Shown here piece after piece: positions 39,715 through 48,173 of a DNA stretch of 64,000 nt. The position numbers were made by a program, and so were the translations under genes. Position 1 is the first letter of the stretch, and each line of letters begins with the position of its first letter. Under the pieces are notes generated by a model, which was not told the DNA's origin, did no database searches, and was given only the letters and a program-made list of their open reading frames with translations. The stretch comes from Candidatus Latescibacterota bacterium (GTDB lineage: Bacteria > Latescibacterota > UBA2968 > GCA-2709665): assembly GCA_965203805.1 (NCBI GenBank), contig OZ241917.1, positions 5,120,001 to 5,184,000 on the forward strand, written 5' to 3'.

Positions 39715-40550
39715 GCCGCTGTTCCTTTACGAACGGCGCTTCGGTGCAGAAAGTAGACGACGTTTCCCAGCAGGATAAACCCGATGATGACCATATGTGC
39801 GACGGATTGCGGACGCATGCCGCTGACCGCCACGTCTCTCTTGCCCACCAGGGCTTCGTATTCCGCGGCGCCGGCGAGCCCGCCGATGAGGCCGTCGAGC
39901 TGCCGGGACTGAAGGAAGGGGAAGAAATCAGGCGCCATCACGGCGGTACATCCGGCCCCCAGGGGGAACCGGTATCGTTCCTGCCCGTACGCGATCCATT
40001 CGTCGACGCCGGGAAAGCCGGCGGCCAGGTCGATCACGTAATCGAAGTCTTTCAGCGACCGCAGATTGCGGGTGAGAGACATTTCGGAAGTGGCGACGCC
40101 CCGGCTGTCTTCGGGGAACGCGCCGCGCAGGTCCTGGCCCATATTCAGGATCAGTATCGGGCCGCCGGCCTTGAACCCGAGGAACGCGTAGTCCGTGCCG
40201 TTCACGCGCCCGTATTCCTCTCCCACCGTCTCAAACGCCTGCATGGCAAGCCCCACGGCTTCGGCGATGAGCGTCACGCCCACCACGCGGATATTCCGGC
40301 TGAAGCAGTGGCGAAGAATGGCCAGAGCCATGGGCTGGAGTTCCGGCTGCGAACTGGGGCCGTAGTCGAAGGAGATGAGCACGACGGCATCGGGATTTCC
40401 GGACAGGCTTTCTATCGAATCGTAGACCGCGCGCACGTTGGGCGTGGCCTTGATGGGCAGTTCGAAGCCGATGAGCAGAGGGATGCATACTGCGAGAAAA
40501 ACGGCCAGGTAGACGATGCGACGGTCGATGTTCAGAAGGCGTTCGATCAT
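39711..40550 (-). CDS. Membrane-anchored alpha/beta protein (TM-domain-TM), DUF6754-like architecture
   Basis: Start ATG 40550 overlapping the upstream stop (ATGA); DYGPS..PEL, GLIGGLAGAAEYE. Confidence 0.8.
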   Translation of the reverse strand: MIERLLNIDRRIVYLAVFLAVCIPLLIGFELPIKATPNVRAVYDSIESLSGNPDAVVLISFDYGPSSQPELQPMALAILRHCFSRNIRVVGVTLIAEAVGLAMQAFETVGEEYGRVNGTDYAFLGFKAGGPILILNMGQDLRGAFPEDSRGVATSEMSLTRNLRSLKDFDYVIDLAAGFPGVDEWIAYGQERYRFPLGAGCTAVMAPDFFPFLQSRQLDGLIGGLAGAAEYEALVGKRDVAVSGMRPQSVAHMVIIGFILLGNVVYFLHRSAVRKGTAA

Positions 40551-41203
40551 TGTCCTTCCTCTCCGAGATAGGATCGCTCGATGCCGAAGATGATTCGCAG
40601 GGCCGTGGCGATCGCACCGAGGCTCACGCCCAGCAGGATGCCGCGCCGGGCGGCCAGGTTGGGGGTGGCCATCAGCCACTGGGACACGGCGGGCAGGTGT
40701 TCCGAGATGAGCGCGCCGATGGGTACCCGGCCGAGCATGACCAGCAGGGCGGCAAGAAGGAGCACAACGGCTTCGGCGGAACGGGCGCGGAACGTGCGGT
40801 AGGCGGCGGAAGCGATAAAGAAGGCAAGCAGAGAGAACATGGTGGCGCCGCCGGCCACGTTGATATGCGTATACATCCAGTTCAGATCCAGCCCGTCTCC
40901 CGGCGCGAGCGGTTGAAGCGGACCGCTGCCATTGTTGTAGACAGCCAGTGCGATCGTGACGATGAATCCGATGTACACCACGGCGCTGAACGCCCATCCG
41001 GCCTGTTTGCGTCTGATCCGGTGCCAGTGCATATGCAGCAGGCTGTGGATACCCAGAAACAGGGCGAAGGCGGCGATGATCCGGTACCAGGTTGAGGTTG
41101 TGATCTCCACCGGTTGGGCAACCGGAATATAGTAGGTGAAGATGCCGATGACACCGGCTGCGAAAGCCACGAGCAACGGCAGGGTGCGCTGCAGGAAATA
41201 CAT
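40547..41203 (-). CDS. Multi-pass membrane protein of the GlmL/DUF6754 module
   Basis: About 6 TMs; TMFSLLAFFIASAAYR, RGILLGV.LG..ATALRI.FGIER. Confidence 0.8.
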   Translation of the reverse strand: MYFLQRTLPLLVAFAAGVIGIFTYYIPVAQPVEITTSTWYRIIAAFALFLGIHSLLHMHWHRIRRKQAGWAFSAVVYIGFIVTIALAVYNNGSGPLQPLAPGDGLDLNWMYTHINVAGGATMFSLLAFFIASAAYRTFRARSAEAVVLLLAALLVMLGRVPIGALISEHLPAVSQWLMATPNLAARRGILLGVSLGAIATALRIIFGIERSYLGEEGQ

Positions 41204-41249
41204 TCGATTTTCTCCGGAAGACGTGAACGTGGATGACTTGCCTGCGCCG

Positions 41250-42434
41250 TCAGCCCGGCAACGACAAGAAGCCGATACCGGCCAGTATCGTACCCAGCAT
41301 CAGCATCAGAATGATGACTCCCTTCCCGAGGTCCTGTCCTTTCAGGCTTCCCAGAAGCTTTGGATCCCTCGAGAGATAGGCGCTGGCGGCGTAGAGTTCC
41401 TCCCCCATCAGCGTGTAGTCACAGGTCGTGATGAAGAATGGAAGCTGCGTATAGGCATCGGTTGCCGCGATCTGGATGGCGCCGGTTGTGGAGCCGGTTT
41501 CCGCCAGGAGCAGGGATTCGGCATAGAAATATCCCATCAGGAGATTGGCCGCCGGTTTCTCCCGAACCATCAGGCCCTCGAGCGCGGCCGCGTAGCTGAA
41601 CTGGTCCGCGGCCGCCAGAAAGACGTTGTCCGGATTGAACGCGTCCGGTCGTCCGGCTTCGATGCAGGATTCCTTCACCACCTCCTGGCTTACGGACATG
41701 ACAATCGGATCCCGGTTACCCACCTTGAGCTGGGTATCGTACTCCGCGGTTCGTTTTGCGACCTGACCGAGGATGTTCACGGCGGCAATGGTCGAGGGGC
41801 TGCCCATGTCCTGCAGGCCGTGTACGAAAAGCACCGGCTTTCCCATTTCGGTTGCCCTGCCAAGGGCCTCGTCAAGGGCGTCCAGGCCGGCCAGCCGTCG
41901 GATATAGAGGTCCTTGCGCCGGGCAAGCCGAATGTAAACGAGGATGAGAACGGAGAAGAGCCCCGCCAACGCGAAATTTCCCAGCTTGCTCGTGTTGAAA
42001 TAATTGCCGCGGGCCCGGGCCTCGACAACCGTTTGGCCCGCGCCGTGGACTCCGATGCGAATGAAATATGCCTTGCCGTTCTCGATCCTGATCCGGTCCG
42101 GTCCTTCAGGATCCCGGTAGGACTCGATGAGGGCGAAGTGACGATTGCGGTTCTCCTCCCCGGTACCGAACGTGGCGGGCTCATCGGCCATCGTCGGCGT
42201 TGTTTTCGGATCCAGTTCCGCAACGTGATAAAACGGGCCTTCCGCCCGTTCGGAGATGCCGATGCAGTAGCGCACGCTGTCCGGCAGGACATCGTACCGC
42301 CGCCAGGTGAGCGTGATGCTGCGTCCCTGGTCGGCCGGCGTGTCGAAGGCCCGGACGTCGGCCGGCGCCGTTTCGGCGCCGTCGGCAGGCGCGGCTGCGA
42401 TGACAAGAGCAAGAAGGAGCAAGAGATGAGCCAT
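41250..42434 (-). CDS. DUF6754 protein with N-terminal signal peptide and FnIII-like domain
   Basis: AGGAG + MAHLLLLLALVIAAA; IRRLAGLDALDEALGRATEMGKP, LMGEELYAASAY. Confidence 0.75.
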   Translation of the reverse strand: MAHLLLLLALVIAAAPADGAETAPADVRAFDTPADQGRSITLTWRRYDVLPDSVRYCIGISERAEGPFYHVAELDPKTTPTMADEPATFGTGEENRNRHFALIESYRDPEGPDRIRIENGKAYFIRIGVHGAGQTVVEARARGNYFNTSKLGNFALAGLFSVLILVYIRLARRKDLYIRRLAGLDALDEALGRATEMGKPVLFVHGLQDMGSPSTIAAVNILGQVAKRTAEYDTQLKVGNRDPIVMSVSQEVVKESCIEAGRPDAFNPDNVFLAAADQFSYAAALEGLMVREKPAANLLMGYFYAESLLLAETGSTTGAIQIAATDAYTQLPFFITTCDYTLMGEELYAASAYLSRDPKLLGSLKGQDLGKGVIILMLMLGTILAGIGFLSLPG

Positions 42435-42523
42435 TTCGGGTCTCCTGGCGGTCCGATTCCGGCGCGCCGGATTTGCCGGTAGAGCGAAGGAACCCGCGCG
42501 CTGGCGGTTGTGTTCCGGTTGCA

Positions 42524-43645
42524 TTACGATTCGATCCTTTCGGCGTTTGCGCGGGGTATCACGGCGCGTTGTCCGTTTTCGAACTGAACTTCCAGCACGC
42601 GTACCCTGATTTCCGATTCCACGGGCGCCAGTTCGGAAGGCAGCGAAGTGACGACGCCGGTCTTTCCGAAGTAGGGCGCGCGTATCGTACGGATCGGATC
42701 TCCAACGGAGAGGCCTTCGCGCGCCACGGATGCCTCGGCGACGGTTGAGCGGCCCGTGTCCGGTACGATGATTTCTGGACGAAGCACGCCCGCCCGGATC
42801 TGGGTTGCCCCCGACATCGAGGCTTCGTCTCCGTTTCTTTCGTTCAGAATGTCGAATGTCTTTCGTGCCATGGCGATGTCGCCGAATCCTTCCGTGACCA
42901 CAACGGTAAGGTCGATTTCCTCGGCGCCGGTAATGGCCACGCCGAGGTCATAACCCAGCAGGCTCCGCAGGTCGTGGTCGCGGATACCCCCCCCAATGAG
43001 ACCGGCCGCGCCGATTTCCCGCGCCTTCCGGATCAGATCCAGGGTGATCATCCCGCCGGCGATGAGAATCTTTCCGGTACACGAGGCGTCGATCCGGTCT
43101 TCCGGAAGCCGCTCGCCGGGGCTTGTGACAAGCATATGGATCGCACCCCAGCTCTCGCCGCCGATTCCGAAAATGCCCTGTAGAAAAGCGCCGACGGTTT
43201 CAACCACGACCCCTTCGCCCGGTATGGACTCCACAACGGCGCCGTCCACGTAGGCTTTCACCTGCACGGGACGGGGCGGACCGCGCAGAATGACCTGGCC
43301 GGTAACCGGAGAAACGCTTTCCACCGTTCCGGTGACCGGCGACTCAACCGTGGTCTTGAACCACCTGATGAACGGCCGGGTTTCGGCGAGAGGTTCCCCG
43401 GACTCGACCGGCTCCCCCTCGCTCTTGAGCATTAAGGTCGGCAGTTCGTCGGGGGTGACGCCCAGCCTGTTGACCAGGTTCAGGGTGGTCACGTCGCCGG
43501 GCAGTTCGGTCCGGGCGACCACCCGGTCGCGCTGCACGGATTCTCCCTCTGATACCAGCACCTCACCGGTGAGTGGGAGTTGCCGTCTCTTTCGTATGGT
43601 TGCCCTGCGGGTGACCCGCAGTCCGGGGGTGTACGTATGCGCCAT
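42524..43645 (-). CDS. Soluble protein: barrel-sandwich hybrid repeats + swivelling alpha/beta + C-terminal KOW/SH3
   Basis: GEVLVSEGESV, EGEPVESGEPLA..SPVTGTV, AREIGAAGLIGGG, VGDPIRTIRAPYFGKTGVV. Confidence 0.75.
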   Translation of the reverse strand: MAHTYTPGLRVTRRATIRKRRQLPLTGEVLVSEGESVQRDRVVARTELPGDVTTLNLVNRLGVTPDELPTLMLKSEGEPVESGEPLAETRPFIRWFKTTVESPVTGTVESVSPVTGQVILRGPPRPVQVKAYVDGAVVESIPGEGVVVETVGAFLQGIFGIGGESWGAIHMLVTSPGERLPEDRIDASCTGKILIAGGMITLDLIRKAREIGAAGLIGGGIRDHDLRSLLGYDLGVAITGAEEIDLTVVVTEGFGDIAMARKTFDILNERNGDEASMSGATQIRAGVLRPEIIVPDTGRSTVAEASVAREGLSVGDPIRTIRAPYFGKTGVVTSLPSELAPVESEIRVRVLEVQFENGQRAVIPRANAERIES

Positions 43646-43709
43646 GGGTCAGGGTTCCGCAACCGTCTTGTCGTGCCCCTGCGGAGACAATGGTCGGGCG
43701 GTGCCGTCC

Positions 43710-44780
43710 TCAGACTTTCATCTTCGGATCCAGTGCGTCTCGCAGGCCGTCGCCCAGCAGATTGTACAGGGTGACGGTGATAAAGATCGCGAACCCGGGT
43801 ACGATCACCAGCCACCACGCCGAAATATTGTTCCGGGCGCCCGCGAGTATCGCGCCCCAGGTGATGGCCTCGGCGGGTACCCCAATGCCCAGAAAGCTGA
43901 GGCCGGATTCGGCCAGGATGGCGCCCGCCACGCCGAACGCCGCCGGAATGAGTACGGGCGCGATTGCGTTTGGCAGAATGTGGATGAACATGATCCGGCC
44001 GCTGGAGTATCCCAGGCTCTTGGCCGCGGAAACAAAGTCGTAACTCCTCACCTGCAGAAACTGCGACCGGGTGAGACGCGCGATCCCGACCCAGCCCGTA
44101 AAGCCGAGAATGATCATCACGAAGAAGAGGCTGGGCGGGAAAAACGCGGCGACCGTGATAATCAGAAAGAGGGCGGGGATGGCGGCCCAGAGCTCGAAAA
44201 CACGGGAGAGAATCAGATCGGTCCAGCCCCCGAAATAACCGGCCAGCGCGCCGAGGGCGACGCCGATGATCATTGAGATCGCCACGGAGACCAGTCCGAT
44301 GGTGAGCGCGTAACGGGTTCCGTGGATCAGCCCCGAAAGTACGTCCCGGCCCAGCCGATCCGTACCCAGAAAATGCGCCGCGCCGGGGGGCATGTATTTG
44401 TCGCCGAGATGAACGTCGCTGGGACCGTAGGGAACGGGCGGGAATATCGCCGATTCGGACCTCAGGCGTTTGAAGTTCTTCCTTCTTCTTAGCGGCGCCG
44501 GCCAGTCGGCCAGCCCGAGATAGACGGCGTACTGGCGAAAGGCGGGGAAATAGGTCTTGCCCCTGTACTTCATATAGTACGGTTTGTTGCCCGCAAGAAA
44601 ATCCGCGAAGACCGCCGTGAACGCGAGGACGCCGATCGCCGCCAGGCTGACGAGCGCCGGACGGTTTTTCCTGAACTGCCGCCAGACCAGCTTCGAATAG
44701 GTCTGGCTCTCCTGATCAGTCCCGGAGTCAGTCGATGCAGCGTCCGTTTCGGCGATTTCGCTGGATTCAGCGGTTAGCAT
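43710..44780 (-). CDS. oppC: Oligopeptide ABC transporter permease
   Basis: HFLGTDRLGRD, FVSAAKSLG (EAA loop), NLLGDGLRDALDP. Confidence 0.92.
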   Translation of the reverse strand: MLTAESSEIAETDAASTDSGTDQESQTYSKLVWRQFRKNRPALVSLAAIGVLAFTAVFADFLAGNKPYYMKYRGKTYFPAFRQYAVYLGLADWPAPLRRRKNFKRLRSESAIFPPVPYGPSDVHLGDKYMPPGAAHFLGTDRLGRDVLSGLIHGTRYALTIGLVSVAISMIIGVALGALAGYFGGWTDLILSRVFELWAAIPALFLIITVAAFFPPSLFFVMIILGFTGWVGIARLTRSQFLQVRSYDFVSAAKSLGYSSGRIMFIHILPNAIAPVLIPAAFGVAGAILAESGLSFLGIGVPAEAITWGAILAGARNNISAWWLVIVPGFAIFITVTLYNLLGDGLRDALDPKMKV

Positions 44781-44784
44781 GGGT

Positions 44785-46086
44785 CTATCCCTGCAGACGG
44801 GAAAACTCGATTCGCGGATCCACAACTTTCAGGAGGATATCGGCAAGCAGAATGCCAAGCAGCGAAAGGAACGAACCGATGGTCAGAATGGCCATGACCA
44901 TGGGATAGTCGCGCACGAGCACGGATTGCACGCCCAGATATCCGAGGCCCGGAATGGTGAATATGGTCTCGATAAAGACCGAACCTGCGATGATGGCCGG
45001 AAGCAGATTCGCCAGGATCGTTACGATGGGGATCAGAGAGTTGCGGAAGACGTGCCTCAGAACCACGACTTTCTCAGGCAGCCCCTTCGCTCTGGCGGTA
45101 CGTACGTAGTCCAGCCTGAGGTTCTCCAGCATGCTGGTGCGCATGAAACGGGAAAGGCCGGCGAAGCTTGCGTAGCTGGAGGCCAGGACCGGCATGGCCA
45201 GGTGGTGTGCGTGGTCGGTGAGCAGGCGCCAGAAGCCCCAGTCGGATGAGGCGTCGAGAGACTGGATGCCCGAGGCGGGAAACCAGTACAGAAAATCCTT
45301 GTTGCAGAGAAAGACGATCAGCAGCATGCCAACCCAGAATGAAGGCATCGACCACAGGATGAAGGTTCCGGTGGTGAGCGTGCGGTCGGTCCGGGTGTCC
45401 TGTTTCACGGCCAGCCAGATACCGAGTGGAAGTCCGATGGCATAGGCGATGATCAGGCTGATGACGTTGATTTCAATCGTGATGGGCACGCGCGCCAGGA
45501 TATGGGAGATGACCGGCTGCTGGTCTTTGAAGGAACGTCCGAAATTGAGTGTGACAAAGCGCCGGTCGAAGCAATGGAAGAGCAGCAGGCCGGCGCCGGT
45601 ATACTCGTAGTTGTTGTCGAGCTTGACGGTCTTGCTCTCCCAGAAAGAGGAAAGGACGAGCGCCTTCGCCTCGTCCGGGTGACGTTCCTCGAAACTGCGA
45701 AGGAACCGGGCTTTACGCGCCTCGTATTCCAGTGAGGCCAACTCGCTTCTTTCCGAGGTGTCCAGTTTCGAGAGATAGATGTCGACGCGGCGGCCCATGC
45801 GTTCGAAGTTGCTGAGCGGCTCCACGTGAAGAACCAGGCTTGACAGCCAGTTCAGGTACTGAACGTGCAGCGGCCTGTCCAGGCCGAGCTGTCGGCGAAG
45901 GTCCTCGCGCGTTTTTTCGAAATCGGACTGCCGATCCGTGGAAATGCCCTCCTCCCCCGCCATGCCGCCGAGAAAGAAGTCGACCGGGTCGCCGGGGGCG
46001 AGATGCATCACCAGGAAGGAAATCAGGGTGATGCCGATCATCGTCGGGATCATCAGCAGGCTGCGCTGCAGGATGTACTGGATCAT
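44785..46086 (-). CDS. oppB: Oligopeptide ABC transporter permease (with insertion)
   Basis: APGDP, GLDRP, DYVRTARAKG, ETIFTIPGLG, DPRI. Confidence 0.92.
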   Translation of the reverse strand: MIQYILQRSLLMIPTMIGITLISFLVMHLAPGDPVDFFLGGMAGEEGISTDRQSDFEKTREDLRRQLGLDRPLHVQYLNWLSSLVLHVEPLSNFERMGRRVDIYLSKLDTSERSELASLEYEARKARFLRSFEERHPDEAKALVLSSFWESKTVKLDNNYEYTGAGLLLFHCFDRRFVTLNFGRSFKDQQPVISHILARVPITIEINVISLIIAYAIGLPLGIWLAVKQDTRTDRTLTTGTFILWSMPSFWVGMLLIVFLCNKDFLYWFPASGIQSLDASSDWGFWRLLTDHAHHLAMPVLASSYASFAGLSRFMRTSMLENLRLDYVRTARAKGLPEKVVVLRHVFRNSLIPIVTILANLLPAIIAGSVFIETIFTIPGLGYLGVQSVLVRDYPMVMAILTIGSFLSLLGILLADILLKVVDPRIEFSRLQG

Positions 46087-46168
46087 CTGACTTCAGGCCT
46101 CTCCGTGCCGTCGTCTGTTCATTCGTGATTGCAACAGGATCCGGTCGTCTCCCCTGCCCCAGTCCTAT

Positions 46169-46328
46169 CAGCCCGTTGATAAAGTCCATCCGGTCTGCGT
46201 CCGGCCTTTGTGGCCGAATTACTGCGTTGCGCTCCCTCCCCGAATCCAGGGATTCGCGTCGGTCGCGCGCCTTGTCTTCGGCCACAATGACTCGGCCTCG
46301 CCTGCAGAGCGACTTTTTCAACGGACTG
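46169..46328. mobile_element. 160-bp MITE-like element with terminal inverted repeats
   Basis: cagcccgttgataaagtc / gactttttcaacggactg (16/18 match); internal perfect IR ttgtggccgaa/ttcggccacaa; abuts the oppA stop codon. Confidence 0.7.
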
Positions 46329-48173
46329 TTATTGGTACAACCGGTTCGAGGCGCCTACCCACCATTCCTGGGTATTCGCGCCGAAGGCATACCAGTTGTC
46401 ACCCGCGAAACGCCTGCTGTAAGATGTGGCGGTGCGGGACTTCCACAGAAACGTATACGGTTGCTCGTCGTGCAGGATTTCCTGGAAACGCCGGTAAAGC
46501 TGAATTCGCTTGTCCATATCGAACTCCCTCCGGTAGGATTCCAGGATGCGGTCGACCTCCTCGTTCTTGAAGCCGATGTAATTCGACCCCTGCCCCTCGG
46601 ACTGCGAGGAGTGCCAGATCTGATAGGAATCCGGCGGCGTACGCAGGCTGCCGGTCCATCCCAGCGTGCAGGCGGCGAAGTCCTTCTTGCGAACCACCCG
46701 GTCCAGAAAGATGGTCCAGTCCAGTTCGCGCACCTCGCAGACGATTCCGATGTCCTGAAGTTCATACTGCAGCGTCAGGGCGATGTCTTTGCGGAGCTGG
46801 TTGCCGGAGTTGACCAGGAACTCGAACTTGAAGGGGCGTTTCCTGCCGTCGATGACCTTGTCCAGGATGCCGTCGTTGTCGCTGTCGGCCCAGCCGGCCT
46901 CCTCCAGAAGGTCAAGCGCTCTGTCGGGATCGTAGGCATGGGGCTCCAGGCTGTGATTGTATTCGGGCCGGAATTTGTGGATGGGGCTCTCAACGGCTTC
47001 CGCCAGACCGAACATGAGGTTCACCACCATGCTCTCACGGTCGGTGAGATACGTCATCGCTCTGCGCACGCGCTTGTCGCGAAAGATGGGGTGCGCATTG
47101 TTCCAGCCGATGTACACGTACCCCGAAGAATAGATTACGCTCTTCTTGAATCGCTTGATAAAATCCGGAGACCAGCTCTTGTCCTTGAACTGAAGAGGCC
47201 TGAGCCCGAAATAGTCGATATTGCCGTTCGTGAGCTCGATAAACGCGGCCTCCTCATCGTTCACGATCTTGAAGACGATCTTTTCCACGTAGCCCTTGGG
47301 CATCAGATCGGTCCGGTCCCCTCCCCAGTAGTTGGGATTGCGTGTCAGTATCACCCTCTGCCCGGTGACCACGTCTTCGTCCCAGTCTGCCACGAGGTAC
47401 GGCCCGGAACCGAGCATCTTCCGGTGGAATCCGGTGTTGAATCTCTCGGCGAACTGCTGTACACGCTCCGCGTGGGGGCCGCTTTCCCAGGAACCGTCGA
47501 TGAGACTTCCGATGTCGACGGGATCCATCAGGCCGTCGGGGTCGTAGAAGTGCTTGGGAAGAATCTCCATGCTGCCCAGGGAGATATTGTTTCTGAAATA
47601 GGGTTCCCGGCAGACGAAACTGATTCGGTATTTGCCCTCCTGTTCGACGTCGCTGATGGCCGCGAAATAGTTCCGGCGAGAAGCTGCCAGAACTTTCGGG
47701 TTCTTGATGACCTTGATGCTGAAGAGGACGTCGTCCGCCGAGAGCGGCTTGCCGTCTGCGAAGTGGACGTCCTCGCGAAGGTCGAACGTGTAGATGAGCT
47801 TGTCTTCCGATACCGCCGGGGGCCCTTTCGCGACCAATCCTCTGAGATTGTAAGGCGATTCGTTCTCGATGTCCAGCAGCGACTCGAAGATGTACTGGTG
47901 TACCGTGGAAGCGCCTCTGTCGTTGGAAATGTACGGATTGAAATTCTCCGGATCCGAAAGAAAGTGCTGAACCATCCAGTCGCCGAATTGCGGCTCGTCG
48001 TCGCCGGAGTACATGGCGGGCGCTCTTTCCGTGCCATCCAGTACGATTGCCGGAGCTTCCTTCGTATCCAATAGCGTTCTTTGAACCTTCTGCCAGGAGG
48101 TTTCGTCCTTGCCTGCAGCCGCAGAGACGAAAAACAACCCGAGGATCGCCAGTGCGCACACTTTTGCCATCAT
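46329..48173 (-). CDS. oppA: ABC transporter peptide-binding protein (SBP family 5)
   Basis: Signal peptide; DPENFNP, FADGKPLSADDV.FS, GSGPY, DKRVRRAM, YDPDRA..LL.EAGW. Confidence 0.9.
   Translation of the reverse strand: MMAKVCALAILGLFFVSAAAGKDETSWQKVQRTLLDTKEAPAIVLDGTERAPAMYSGDDEPQFGDWMVQHFLSDPENFNPYISNDRGASTVHQYIFESLLDIENESPYNLRGLVAKGPPAVSEDKLIYTFDLREDVHFADGKPLSADDVLFSIKVIKNPKVLAASRRNYFAAISDVEQEGKYRISFVCREPYFRNNISLGSMEILPKHFYDPDGLMDPVDIGSLIDGSWESGPHAERVQQFAERFNTGFHRKMLGSGPYLVADWDEDVVTGQRVILTRNPNYWGGDRTDLMPKGYVEKIVFKIVNDEEAAFIELTNGNIDYFGLRPLQFKDKSWSPDFIKRFKKSVIYSSGYVYIGWNNAHPIFRDKRVRRAMTYLTDRESMVVNLMFGLAEAVESPIHKFRPEYNHSLEPHAYDPDRALDLLEEAGWADSDNDGILDKVIDGRKRPFKFEFLVNSGNQLRKDIALTLQYELQDIGIVCEVRELDWTIFLDRVVRKKDFAACTLGWTGSLRTPPDSYQIWHSSQSEGQGSNYIGFKNEEVDRILESYRREFDMDKRIQLYRRFQEILHDEQPYTFLWKSRTATSYSRRFAGDNWYAFGANTQEWWVGASNRLYQ

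Noticed and set aside
42524-43645. Lipoylated/biotinylated carrier targeted by the nearby lipoate ligase
   Set aside because: The barrel-sandwich motif lacks the ExxK/DKA hairpin lysine at the canonical spacing, and the ligase is adequately explained by its fab/acp context.
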